DNA from: a virus
UHGV virus genome: UHGV-0201380
Length of the DNA stretch: 43,652 nt
Direction: 5' to 3' (one strand)
Position 1 is the stretch's first letter. The number at the start of each line of letters is the position of its first letter. The notes beneath the pieces are model-generated. The model was given only the letters and a program-made list of their open reading frames with translations, did not search any database and was not told where the DNA came from. A program made the position numbers and the translations under genes. Of this stretch, positions 16,529 to 26,696 are shown piece after piece.

Positions 16529-18384
16529 TATCTTCTTCCTCTATGTTGTTTACCTCTGCCCCGGTTATGTAGCCGAGCAGCTACACCACGAAGGCCCTTA
16601 GACACTTTGCTCTGTGCCCAATCCAGTGGGTTCTCAATGAAGGCCCGAGCCATCTTCTCAGACTCACGCTCAGCCACCACTTTCTCATCTTCCACCAGAT
16701 GCCCATTCAGCGTAGCCACCATCATGGCGATTGCGTCTGCCCGGTCATCCTTCGCAAGGCTACCGCGGTCGTACGTGATACCGGACAACTGCGCGAACGC
16801 AGAGTACAGCCAACGCCTATCGCGGGAATATGCCATACAGGTACTGATATCGTCGTGAATAGCACGCTCATGCACTATCAGGCGATGGCGACGAGTAACT
16901 GGGCTGATTGTGTCGATGATACGACGCTCTTTCTGCGTGGAGTTATTCAGGTCCCTTACACCGATACCGGCGAGACGCCGCTCACGTAATCGGTTCAGGA
17001 TAAGCATAGACACGGTACCGTGCCCCATATTGCTCTCCACCACCATATCCGGGATGTCCAACTCTACACACAGGTCAATCAGTTTATCAATGTTCTCTTC
17101 GCTGATACCTCCTTGGAATCCGCCTACGGAGAATAGGTGAATGTACGAGTTCGCAGCACCTCCAGCAGCGTAGGACACTTCGTCCCCACCACAACCAGCC
17201 GGGTCCACCACCAGTACCTTATGCTGGTACGGCAGGTGCATGTCCCCGTAGAATGCCGGGAAGTACATCTGCTGACCCATAATCCCCTCATGCTCGTGCT
17301 GGTACAGGTACCTGCGGTCCGCAATGTAGGAGAACGTCTCCGGGGAGGAATCCTGGCTGCCAGAGTAAACCAGCATATCCGATAGCTTGATGCGCGTACG
17401 CATTTGGTCGGACAGGGTGGTGTCGAGCATGTACTGCAGCTGGAAGCCTTCCGGACCAAAGTCCAGCTCCTTCTCAATCAGCGCATCCTCGTCATAGCGC
17501 CCGGTGTCCGTGCTCTCGCCTAGCGTTCCGTCGACTCCGAAGCCGGTGCGTTTATAGCCGCGCTCAATAAGCTCCAGGATATAAGGAGCAAGTGTACTTC
17601 CATATCGCTCTTCCATTTCAACAGACGGAATGCGCCCGGGCCACACGCGGACCTCGAAGCCACGTCCCGGCAGGGTTTTATAGATACTGTCCTTGGTCTG
17701 TGGTGTACCCAGGTACAGCGTATCCCCGTGCGTACAGATAGCCGCGAAGTCTTTAGAAATCATCAGCAGCTGCTCACGCTGGGTTTGCGTTAAACCATTC
17801 TTGGTGGTCTCGATATCATCCGGAATCAGCAGGTCCGCGCGCTTACCCTGCAGGGATGCAGTGATACCTACACAGGCTACGCTGGCGGATTTCTCCAGCG
17901 GCTTGAGGTCACAGTGTACGTCATAACCTTCGAATGAAGTACGGTCCCCACGAGTAGGATCAGCCTTCAAATAGCACAGCAGCGGCCATGTCTCAATCAT
18001 ACGAATGATTAAGTTCGCTACGTCGGACGCCTGCTTCTCTGCACCGGACACAATCAGGATACGGCAGGATTGGTCCTGGATGAGCCTCCAGACGGCGTAC
18101 AGTGCAGCTAGTGTAGACTTAGCCTCACCACGCTGCGCGGCCACCATGCGCTTCCGGGGGCCCTTCTGCATGTACTCTGCAATGTCGGCCTGCATGTCCG
18201 TGAGCGTAAAGCCCAGGAACCGCATACCGATGTACGCGAATTCCCGGAAGTCGCTTAGCGCCGCGGCCATCATCATCGCGATATCCTCGCGCTCCTCTTT
18301 GGGAATACTGCGCGGATTCGCACTATAACCAGTAAGTTTCTGGTTGAGCATGCGCAGTCTTCGCGCAGTCTTCACCGATACCAT
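16528..18384 (-). CDS. Terminase large subunit (T7 gp19-like DNA maturase B)
   Basis: 618 aa, Walker A-like QRGEAKS near the N-terminus, size and position after the small terminase as in T7-like phages. Confidence 0.9.
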   Translation of the reverse strand: MVSVKTARRLRMLNQKLTGYSANPRSIPKEEREDIAMMMAAALSDFREFAYIGMRFLGFTLTDMQADIAEYMQKGPRKRMVAAQRGEAKSTLAALYAVWRLIQDQSCRILIVSGAEKQASDVANLIIRMIETWPLLCYLKADPTRGDRTSFEGYDVHCDLKPLEKSASVACVGITASLQGKRADLLIPDDIETTKNGLTQTQREQLLMISKDFAAICTHGDTLYLGTPQTKDSIYKTLPGRGFEVRVWPGRIPSVEMEERYGSTLAPYILELIERGYKRTGFGVDGTLGESTDTGRYDEDALIEKELDFGPEGFQLQYMLDTTLSDQMRTRIKLSDMLVYSGSQDSSPETFSYIADRRYLYQHEHEGIMGQQMYFPAFYGDMHLPYQHKVLVVDPAGCGGDEVSYAAGGAANSYIHLFSVGGFQGGISEENIDKLIDLCVELDIPDMVVESNMGHGTVSMLILNRLRERRLAGIGVRDLNNSTQKERRIIDTISPVTRRHRLIVHERAIHDDISTCMAYSRDRRWLYSAFAQLSGITYDRGSLAKDDRADAIAMMVATLNGHLVEDEKVVAERESEKMARAFIENPLDWAQSKVSKGLRGVAARLHNRGRGKQHRGRR

Positions 18385-18686
18385 TAGACAATTCCTTCTA
18401 GTAAGTCCTCAGAGTCTGAACCACCAACTTTATTTAGAATCTCTTGCTTACGCGCCTCTCTGCGCGCCGCTAGCTCGTCATCGAATTCGTCACGAAGGTC
18501 CTGCATCTCCTCGGAATCTGCGTCCGCGGTGATGTCGTTATCCTTCAAGAACTTAGCAATGACCGATTTATCTGCTGCGGGGAGCGGCACCTCATCTTCC
18601 TTAGACTGCTTGATTTCTTCAATCAAGGCCTCGGTGAACATACGGTGCAGCTCCGAGAGGCGACTGCGTTTAGCTGCCCCTGCCAT
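18384..18686 (-). CDS. Terminase small subunit (T7 gp18-like DNA maturase A)
   Basis: 100 aa, acidic C-terminal half, stop overlaps the large terminase start by 1 nt. Called by position and composition. Confidence 0.6.
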   Translation of the reverse strand: MAGAAKRSRLSELHRMFTEALIEEIKQSKEDEVPLPAADKSVIAKFLKDNDITADADSEEMQDLRDEFDDELAARREARKQEILNKVGGSDSEDLLEGIV

Positions 18687-18698
18687 GCTCTTCTCCTA

Positions 18699-19655
18699 TC
18701 ATGTAGACAGCACCCCACTGGTGCGTAGCGCTGCCAGCAGTGCGTTAAATTTAGCCACTACATCCCCGGTGCCGGTTGCGTTGGATACAGCTGCAGCCTT
18801 GTCCAGATACGCCAAATCTCCCAAAGAGTCGGCTAAGTAATCTAGGGATGCTTGCGTAGCAAAACCGTCCCCCGCAGTTACATCAACCCCCAGCCGAGCG
18901 GCTACAATAGTGCCTGCAGGTAAGGTCTCTGCAAACAGTATGGTATTATCTACAATATCGAAACTGTAGCCACGAATCTGCCCAACCCCGTTAACCTCTA
19001 CTACAGCCTTAGTGAAGGCTAAGCCTGGAGTTACTTCGTCCGTATCAGTGGCCAGGACCGTGCTCCACGGGTAGCTTACCGTCTCTACACCGCTTATAAA
19101 GGTGTTCTCCAAGGCGGAGGTACGGGCACTCAGCGCGTCATCTGCTGCCTTCCGTGTAACGGCTTCGGCCTGTACAGCGGATACCCACCCCGAATGCTCT
19201 GCGTCAATGCGCTGTCCTAGTAAGGCATCGGCGGCATCTACATAAGCCTTAGTGGCGGCATCTTGGGCACTGATTGGGTTGGCTAAGTTGGTTATCCGGT
19301 ACCCGTTCATGCTGATAGCGCCATAGAATCCGGGTATAGCCCGGCCCTCCACTAGTTCCTGCGCAAGGTGCAGGAACTGCGTGTTTTGGGAGTCTACGTT
19401 TACCTCAATGAACGGAGAACCACTGGCGAACTCAATGTACAGATACTCTCGCTCTGTCTTACGGATTAGTAGCACAGTAGTGCTTGCCGCTAAGGCCGAA
19501 TTAAGCCTGATATTAGTAGAGCTGGTCCAGGTGTACCCAGTGGTTTCCACACCGTCTAGGTATACATGAATATAGGACTTGTCCAAATATTCAATATCGC
19601 ACTGGATATCCTGGGTACCAGCTGGCTTGATTTGTTCTTGCCAGCTGTATGCCAT
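18699..19655 (-). CDS. Tail fibre / tailspike adaptor protein (T7 gp17 N-terminal domain-like)
   Basis: 318 aa. The N-terminal region resembles the T7 gp17 tail-attachment domain (motif RITNLANPISAQDAATKAYVDAA versus T7 RIVNLANAVDDRDAVPFGQLK). Short length suggests an adaptor for a separately encoded tailspike. Confidence 0.8.
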   Translation of the reverse strand: MAYSWQEQIKPAGTQDIQCDIEYLDKSYIHVYLDGVETTGYTWTSSTNIRLNSALAASTTVLLIRKTEREYLYIEFASGSPFIEVNVDSQNTQFLHLAQELVEGRAIPGFYGAISMNGYRITNLANPISAQDAATKAYVDAADALLGQRIDAEHSGWVSAVQAEAVTRKAADDALSARTSALENTFISGVETVSYPWSTVLATDTDEVTPGLAFTKAVVEVNGVGQIRGYSFDIVDNTILFAETLPAGTIVAARLGVDVTAGDGFATQASLDYLADSLGDLAYLDKAAAVSNATGTGDVVAKFNALLAALRTSGVLST

Positions 19656-19656
19656 A

Positions 19657-22600
19657 TTAATCGTCTCCGAAGTTATTGATGATAGCTCGCGTAGGTGCGA
19701 ATTCCTGGATTAACGGCACCTGCTTAGTGAAGGTCTTGATATCCATATTACCGGTAGCCAGGTCCTGCACAGCCCCAAGTAGTCCTGTGACGTAACCCAT
19801 AGATGCCAATGAGTGACGGGGAGAATCCCCCAGGAAGATATCCTGTAGTAAGGATACACCGCCAATGGCACTCATACCCATCACGGACTCACCGATGAGT
19901 TTCTGGGTGTCTACGTCCTTCCCATCCATACCGTGCTTAGCCATAGTAGCCAGTAGCATCAGCGGGAATTGATACGCCATAATATGGGCTACGCCAATCC
20001 ACCCAGCGTCGCTCAGCTCCCTACGCAGAATCTTGTTAGTGGCGGCCAGTGCGAAGCTCTGGTACCCTACAATGACTTTGCCGATAGGGTTGAACTGTGC
20101 AAAGTGTGAGGTCTCTCCAGTACGAACCTGCTGTACCAGGTAGTCCATCATACGCGTCCCTACAACCTCAACTTGCATTTGCAGGTCCGGCTGGAACATG
20201 GCGCCCGGGTTGGCTTTGTTGGCAGCGATGGCACGGTCAGCAACGTCGCGGGTAAGCCCGAAACGCTCCAGACGCTTAAACGCCGCAGCATCACCCTTGA
20301 ACATCTGGGTAAGCTCATCCGCCACAATGCCGGAGTTCAGGTTAACCTGCAGCCGGTGCACCATGCTCATACCGTTGACGTGACGCGCAGCCTGCCCAAC
20401 GTTCTGGGTTACATTGAACCAAGAGGCCTGACGGGTCAGGTCCAGGTTATCGTCGGCGTACGTATTCAACCAGCGGAAGCGCATCTCCTTCTGGATATTA
20501 CCTCGCAGTACAGTGTCTAGACGGGTAGCCATATCCGGAGTCTTGATAGCTACGGCACCTTCCTTGAACCAAGGCTGGTCACGCATACTACGCAGCACTC
20601 TAGCCATACCGAACTCCTTCATAGCCAGGGCAGTGTCAGTCAGCTGATACAGGCCGGAGTTCTTAAGCATGGTGGCGTTAGCCATGTTCCCGGCTGCACG
20701 CAGCAAATCCGGAAGCTGTCCGGCGTCAGCAGGCGCCCCACCCAGGATAAAGTCGATGGTGTCATTGACTGTCTTCTCCCACTTAGCGGAATCCGCCAGT
20801 GCGTGCTTAGACTCATCAATCATCTTAGCTAGCTGGCCCAGGTCCTGTACGCCTGCATAGGCCATGCCTACACGCCCAGACATACGGTTAGTGTACCCGT
20901 GCATAACCTTGGCTACATCAGTATCCATCAGGTCCTGCATGCGCATGCTCTTACCGTTCACCAGATACTCTTTGTCCATGTTGAACCGAGTACGCTGACG
21001 CAGGTTCCGCGCAGGGGATGTGCTACCGGATTCGCGTACGTTACCAGCCAGGAAACTCTGGATTGCAGATTCATCTACACCAGCGCTACGCATAGCCATA
21101 ACGACCTCGTCGTTACCCATGCCGTTAATCAGCTGCTTCCACATCGGGCCGGACTGCCCTGCACGGCCGTTGTAGATACCGTCAACCATCTCCTTTGCAA
21201 CACGCTGCACTACCTCTGACTCCATGCTCGGGTACACGTCCCGCAGGGCGGACCTGAACAGGGCGCGGTAGTCGTCCAGAGTGTTACCCTGCGCAATACC
21301 TTGGCGCATCTTGTCGTAGCTGTACTGACGCGGGAAGTAGTAATCGGATTTAACCAACGCACCATCATCCACTAGACCAGCATTGAGCATATGCTCGTGC
21401 CACTTGCCTGCCCAGCCAGAGCGGCGATAGGCGTCAACCAGTGGGGCAATCTCTGCATCCGGTACGGGAACAGCTCGGCCGTTTACATCAGCACTGTAGG
21501 CAGCATCCAGGTACTTGCTCAGGCGGTCTTCCAGTGCAGCCCGCTCAGCGCGGAACTTGCTCCGATGGAAGAAGCGCTCAGAGAAACCTACACCCTTATC
21601 CTTCAACGCGCCCAGGATAGCGTCTTCCACTACGCTAGCGCTGGCGTCCATCTCCAAAGTGAGGTTGCGCTTGAAGTCCACTACAGACGGGCGACGGCCG
21701 CCTACTGCGGACGCATCCGACACTAGCAGTTTAGCCAAGTCTTCATTGCCTTGAGCGATGTTATCGTACAGGGCAAACATAGTAGAGAGCTTCTTCTTAG
21801 CGCCATCCAGCATAGCTTGGGCACCCTTAGCCTCGTTTAGGGTAGTGCTGCCCGCCAGGTCCTGGAAGGCTTCACTACGGAAGCCCTGGGCTTGGTCTGC
21901 ATAATCCTTAGCTGTCCACTTAACGGCGTCCTCGTACGCATCCAAGACATCTTCCAAGGCAGAACCTTTGGCCTTGATGCCCAGGGCATTCATGATGTAC
22001 TCGCCCAGTTGGCGGAGCATGCTCTTACCGGTTGGGGATTTCGTCCGCGCCAGATGCTCAACCCACTCAGGGCTGTCACCTAAGCCTGCCAGCATCTCGT
22101 GCACATTACTAGCGTAATACCGCATACGCGGCGTCAAGGTGGAGTCCGCTGCAATAACAGCGCGCACTTCATCCAGGCGCTTAGCAATCTCTGGGTTACT
22201 GTCAACGGCGCGCGCAGTGGCGGCATGAATCAGTTCGTGCACGGCTACCCTGCTTGTGTCTGCATCCATAGCACGCAGTGCGTCCCCTGCTGTAGTCCAT
22301 GTGCTGCCATTAGCTCGCTTAGGTGCGCGTAGAGACACCTCTCCACGCTTAGCTAAATCTTGCTGTGCGTAAGTGTAGCGGCTGCGGTTTGCGGAGCCTG
22401 CTACCAGTTTAAAATCAATGTCATTTACAGCATCGCCCAGCGTGTCCAGAATAGCCTTCTGGCCTGCTGTTAAGTGTTCGGACTTCTTCAAGAACTGAAC
22501 TACGTGCTGTGCTTTCATGTTCACGGAGGCGGTATTGTTTCTAGATACTTGGATGCTTTCATCCAGTGTCTTAGTAAGGATTTCCTCTCCCTCTCCTACT

Positions 22601-23355
22601 CCTGTAACATTAGCGTCCCTCGCTGTACGAGTTGTAGGCGCTTCTGGGTCGAACATAGGCTCACGCCCAGTACGAGCCTTAGCAGCAGCTTTAGCAGCCC
22701 TAGACATATCCCAGAGCTGGTCCAACCCAGCTACGCCCGCTACCAGTGCAGTTACCGCAGCAGACTGGCCCAGTTGGTCCTGCGCATAGAATGCGGAGCC
22801 TACGTCAGCAGCGCGGATAGCAGTCCGTGCAGCTAAGCCTGCGCGGCCAGCAATACCAGCGGCAGACATCGGGGCCAGGATGAACGGAGAATCACCCACC
22901 AACATACCCGCGAACCCGGCTACCGTGTTGTCAGCCATTAAGCGGTCACGGTTGCGTTGCTCAAGCATCTGCTGCATGCGGTAGTTGTAATCCTCGACCG
23001 ATACAGAGTCGTGCAGGTACTCAATCTCTTCCTGATTCGGAGCATACAGCTTAGCCCTGGTATCGCTGCTCAGAGTCTGCTTGGCGTTAAAGTTCTGGTC
23101 CCGGTCAAATGCCGGGGCAGAGGCCTTACGGATAGCTGCGGCGATGATGCTGTTACCCATACCAGACGCAAAGCTCTCCCCGGCTGTAGTAGCTGGGGTC
23201 TTGGCCTGCGCCAGTAAGGAGGCACGCTCCAGTGCGTTTAAGCCGTTGTCTCCGGCATCGTTCCAATCTACGCGCTCAGGCGCAGGTTTAAGTGTTGCGC
23301 CCTTAGCAGAATCCTTTTCCTGTGGATTCGGTTCTTGGTTCAGAAACTGAGCCAT
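19657..23355 (-). CDS. Internal virion protein (T7 gp16-like ejection/core protein)
   Basis: 1232 aa; largest ORF, last of three consecutive internal virion protein genes between tail tubular B and the tail fibre. Confidence 0.75.
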   Translation of the reverse strand: MAQFLNQEPNPQEKDSAKGATLKPAPERVDWNDAGDNGLNALERASLLAQAKTPATTAGESFASGMGNSIIAAAIRKASAPAFDRDQNFNAKQTLSSDTRAKLYAPNQEEIEYLHDSVSVEDYNYRMQQMLEQRNRDRLMADNTVAGFAGMLVGDSPFILAPMSAAGIAGRAGLAARTAIRAADVGSAFYAQDQLGQSAAVTALVAGVAGLDQLWDMSRAAKAAAKARTGREPMFDPEAPTTRTARDANVTGVGEGEEILTKTLDESIQVSRNNTASVNMKAQHVVQFLKKSEHLTAGQKAILDTLGDAVNDIDFKLVAGSANRSRYTYAQQDLAKRGEVSLRAPKRANGSTWTTAGDALRAMDADTSRVAVHELIHAATARAVDSNPEIAKRLDEVRAVIAADSTLTPRMRYYASNVHEMLAGLGDSPEWVEHLARTKSPTGKSMLRQLGEYIMNALGIKAKGSALEDVLDAYEDAVKWTAKDYADQAQGFRSEAFQDLAGSTTLNEAKGAQAMLDGAKKKLSTMFALYDNIAQGNEDLAKLLVSDASAVGGRRPSVVDFKRNLTLEMDASASVVEDAILGALKDKGVGFSERFFHRSKFRAERAALEDRLSKYLDAAYSADVNGRAVPVPDAEIAPLVDAYRRSGWAGKWHEHMLNAGLVDDGALVKSDYYFPRQYSYDKMRQGIAQGNTLDDYRALFRSALRDVYPSMESEVVQRVAKEMVDGIYNGRAGQSGPMWKQLINGMGNDEVVMAMRSAGVDESAIQSFLAGNVRESGSTSPARNLRQRTRFNMDKEYLVNGKSMRMQDLMDTDVAKVMHGYTNRMSGRVGMAYAGVQDLGQLAKMIDESKHALADSAKWEKTVNDTIDFILGGAPADAGQLPDLLRAAGNMANATMLKNSGLYQLTDTALAMKEFGMARVLRSMRDQPWFKEGAVAIKTPDMATRLDTVLRGNIQKEMRFRWLNTYADDNLDLTRQASWFNVTQNVGQAARHVNGMSMVHRLQVNLNSGIVADELTQMFKGDAAAFKRLERFGLTRDVADRAIAANKANPGAMFQPDLQMQVEVVGTRMMDYLVQQVRTGETSHFAQFNPIGKVIVGYQSFALAATNKILRRELSDAGWIGVAHIMAYQFPLMLLATMAKHGMDGKDVDTQKLIGESVMGMSAIGGVSLLQDIFLGDSPRHSLASMGYVTGLLGAVQDLATGNMDIKTFTKQVPLIQEFAPTRAIINNFGDD
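22594..22610 (-). promoter_or_regulatory. Candidate phage-RNAP promoter-like motif, copy B (intragenic)
   Basis: Exact 17-mer TCCTACTCCTGTAACAT inside the gp16-like gene, about 760 nt from its start. Confidence 0.3.
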
Positions 23356-23405
23356 AATATCTCCTAAAAGAATTTTGATAAGGGGAGGCCCCGGAGGGCC
23401 TCTAG

Positions 23406-26090
23406 TTAGTGTGTTGCCTCAAAGAGCCAATCACGTAGGTTTTGTTCCAGGTACTTCTTACGCTCAGGTTGGGCCTGCTTGTACGCCGGGGTATTCCTCA
23501 GCGCTTGCCAAGCCCTACCCTGGGCCTCAGATACAGGATACTGATACGCCCCCACCGGGGACTTGGCAGCCTTACGTACCTGTGCCATCGCCTCTGCTAC
23601 AGGACCAGAGCTACCGTTACCACCGTGATAGTTCAGGTCCACCATAACCTTTAACGCCTCATCGGAGGCATTCAAACCCTGCCCCTTGAGTTGCTTCTGC
23701 ACGTTCGGAACGTACTGCCTCTCCATAGAGGATTTAAGGATACTGATACCGTCGTCAATGGTTACTTTCTGAGGGACAGGCATGCCCGAGTTAACGTGCA
23801 GACCGAAGCCTACGCTACCCTTGCCCTTGCCTTCTCGGAACCCTTCGAACTTCATAGTGGTGGCGAGGATGTCACTAAACAGCGATGGTTCCAGCCCCAC
23901 CGCGTTACGACCGTTGACCTGTACGCTGACAGCGCGCCCATTGTCGTGGTCGTAGAAGGTGGCAGGACGTACGCCCACTTGCTCGCTGCCAATCTTCATA
24001 TCCCCAGCCAGTGCCGAATCGTACGCAGCCTGCGCAGTAGCCTGAACGTCACGGAGGTTCACAGACATAGTCTGGAATGTGCCCTTCTTGTCGAACACGG
24101 TTACGGTCATGTTCTGACCCGCGTTGCCCGCTGTGGCAGCCTGCACCACTACACGTTCCATGTTGCTGGGGTCGGTGATGGCCTGGACTTGGTTTTGAAT
24201 CTGCTGTTGCAGAGTAGCCTTGAACTGCTCCTGGTCGCCCTTGTAGTCGCCCATGATAGACTGCAGAGAGGTTCCGGCAGGCAGATACACGTGCCTCGGC
24301 GTACCGGCAATTTCCAGCTCTAGCTTACGGGCTTGGATGTTACCCTTTAGCATCGTGTTGATGTCCTCGGCATCTTTACCCACCAGAGATTCTGGGTTGC
24401 GGCTGTACGTATAACGGTACTCCTCCTCCATAGCAGCGCGCGCTTCCTGGCGCTGAGCGTCGGCATCGCCAAAGAAACTGAACCAGTTGCTGGTACCGCT
24501 AGGGTCTACCATCTTGTCCGTGGGGTTACTCTGGATATTGCTGTAGCGCCCACTGGCCTTGTTACGCGCCTGGCGGCGCAGGTCGTCCAAGATAGTATTG
24601 CTGGCATTGCTTGGGTTTTGTGCAATAGCTTTCTGCACCACCCCCTGCCACTCGGACGGGACCTCAGACAGCAGGGCCATCTTACCTAAGTCCGTACTGG
24701 TGCTATAAGCCTGTGCCCACAAGTTGATGCTGTTGACGTTCTCGCGGGAAACCTCGCCATCCTCACCGAGCTGGTCCAGCGTAGTCAGCGTACGTGCCAT
24801 GTCCGAAGACATACGCTTGTGCGCCTCGTTGACTGCCCACGCATCCTTGCTGTTGCTCCCGTATGCCAGCAACTGCAGGTTCCCTTCCGGGGTGTCCGGA
24901 AAGCTCTTGAGCAGCTGAGTACGCGCCTTATCTAAGTCCCCTTTGAACATGCCTGCTAAAGTAGAGCTTGGCATATTCCCAGTGATTGCTGTGCGCAATG
25001 CCTGGGTGTCCGCTGCCTTCTCGCGGATGGTCTGGGCCTTGTTCCAGAACTCCATACTGGTGCCAGCGCTGAGCACATCAGATGCAGACAGCTCAATGAC
25101 ACGACTACGAATATGCGCCATAGTCTGTTCCTGCTGCTCTGGGGTCTGCCCTTCAAGGGACTGGATTGCATCAGAGATTTCGAAACGGGCTTGGGTCTCA
25201 ATCTGAGCACCAGCACGCTTGAACTCCTGATATAGCGCCGCGTTGACATCTACGGAGTTGACACCAAGTTCCTTAGTGGCCATTTCTTGCAGCTGGTTGA
25301 TTACCAGCGGGTCCTGCGTCTGCTGCGCTACGCTGACCAAATACTGCTTGGCCCGGTCAAGCTTTTTGCTCTTATCCAGGTGCTCAGCAGCCAGGATGCT
25401 GTCTAAGCCGGTCTTGATAGACATCTGCGCAGCGGCACCCTGCCCTGCTTGTAGGCGCTGATAGAACTCATCACTGGACGAGCTAAGGCCGCGGTCTAGG
25501 GCACGGTCAGCCTGCGCCAGGGCAAACGCAGCTCGACCTTTCTGGAAGGCTGTATAGTTCGCCATGCTGGTAGCACGGAGCTGCTGCAGTATGGTGGTAG
25601 CGGACTGCTTGGACATATCCGGTAGATACATACCGAGCTTGTCCGACATAGACTGGACGTGCTCTTGCTCCTGCTGCTGGAACTCCTCGTCAGTCAACCC
25701 GGACTCGGCAGCTTTCTTAGCCCGGGCGATACTGTCTGTGCGCCACTTGGCTAGCGAGTCGTATGCAGCAGCGGATACGTAGCCATCCTGGTAGGCTTCA
25801 CGTACGAAGATGTTCTGCTTCTGTACAGCCTCGTCCTTGGAGGCCATCGCGTCCACCGCACCCTGAGCATCCATCGCGCCGCGCACTGTGGCGGCTGCGG
25901 CGTTCTCTTTTACTGCCTCGTCAAAGCCTACGCCGAAGTCCTGCACAAACCCAGACAGGGCGGCTAGACGTTTTGCTTTGGAGGTATCAACAGATACCTC
26001 ACTCACCGTTGACGGCAAGCTAACATCGTTGGCCTGCAATTGTACGCCACCGACATTTAGCCCCTGTCTATTGGGTTGAATCACAGGCAT
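23406..26090 (-). CDS. Internal virion protein (T7 gp15-like)
   Basis: 894 aa, Ala/Gln-rich and probably alpha-helical, middle of the internal virion protein trio. Called by synteny. Confidence 0.7.
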   Translation of the reverse strand: MPVIQPNRQGLNVGGVQLQANDVSLPSTVSEVSVDTSKAKRLAALSGFVQDFGVGFDEAVKENAAAATVRGAMDAQGAVDAMASKDEAVQKQNIFVREAYQDGYVSAAAYDSLAKWRTDSIARAKKAAESGLTDEEFQQQEQEHVQSMSDKLGMYLPDMSKQSATTILQQLRATSMANYTAFQKGRAAFALAQADRALDRGLSSSSDEFYQRLQAGQGAAAQMSIKTGLDSILAAEHLDKSKKLDRAKQYLVSVAQQTQDPLVINQLQEMATKELGVNSVDVNAALYQEFKRAGAQIETQARFEISDAIQSLEGQTPEQQEQTMAHIRSRVIELSASDVLSAGTSMEFWNKAQTIREKAADTQALRTAITGNMPSSTLAGMFKGDLDKARTQLLKSFPDTPEGNLQLLAYGSNSKDAWAVNEAHKRMSSDMARTLTTLDQLGEDGEVSRENVNSINLWAQAYSTSTDLGKMALLSEVPSEWQGVVQKAIAQNPSNASNTILDDLRRQARNKASGRYSNIQSNPTDKMVDPSGTSNWFSFFGDADAQRQEARAAMEEEYRYTYSRNPESLVGKDAEDINTMLKGNIQARKLELEIAGTPRHVYLPAGTSLQSIMGDYKGDQEQFKATLQQQIQNQVQAITDPSNMERVVVQAATAGNAGQNMTVTVFDKKGTFQTMSVNLRDVQATAQAAYDSALAGDMKIGSEQVGVRPATFYDHDNGRAVSVQVNGRNAVGLEPSLFSDILATTMKFEGFREGKGKGSVGFGLHVNSGMPVPQKVTIDDGISILKSSMERQYVPNVQKQLKGQGLNASDEALKVMVDLNYHGGNGSSGPVAEAMAQVRKAAKSPVGAYQYPVSEAQGRAWQALRNTPAYKQAQPERKKYLEQNLRDWLFEATH

Positions 26091-26107
26091 TTAATATTCC
26101 TCTTAAG

Positions 26108-26695
26108 TTACCAGGTATGAACTGAGCTGTTACCCTTACTCCCCCATAAGTCATAGGAGGATGCCGTGTTCTGTGTAGCCGACGCACCGCTACCAGGGGA
26201 TGAGCCGCCAGAGTCAGAAGATGACGCAGCGTTACCGGCGTACTGCCCAACGGCAGATGCCCCAACACTTAGCAACGAGTTAAACATGTTATCGTACGGG
26301 TCCTCCATGTCCATGTTAGCCAGACCACTATCCACAGCCTTGTCCGTCATTAGCCGGAAGCCCTCTTCCTGGGTTGCCTGCTGGTCCCGTACGCTAGCCT
26401 CTTGTCGCCCTGCTACTGTGTTCACGGTGGCTACGGCGTCTTTAACAGAGGCCCCCATAGTGCCAGAGGCTGCTGCCTGCAGTACTACTTGGCTCTGCGC
26501 CTGCAGTTTCTGCTGCTGGATGTTAAACAGGGATACCTCAGTCCTGTCCCTGGACTGTGCACGCTGCAGCGCTATATCGTTTAACTGTTTGGCTGTCTGT
26601 TGAATCACAGCCTTGTTCCTGGCCTTGGACACTTCAATCTGAGCACTCTGCCCCAGAACGGCCTTAGCGGCCATGGCCGCAACCATCCACCACAT
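26108..26695 (-). CDS. Internal virion protein (T7 gp14-like)
   Basis: 195 aa, first ORF after tail tubular B. Called by synteny. Confidence 0.55.
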   Translation of the reverse strand: MWWMVAAMAAKAVLGQSAQIEVSKARNKAVIQQTAKQLNDIALQRAQSRDRTEVSLFNIQQQKLQAQSQVVLQAAASGTMGASVKDAVATVNTVAGRQEASVRDQQATQEEGFRLMTDKAVDSGLANMDMEDPYDNMFNSLLSVGASAVGQYAGNAASSSDSGGSSPGSGASATQNTASSYDLWGSKGNSSVHTW

Positions 26696-26696
26696 A

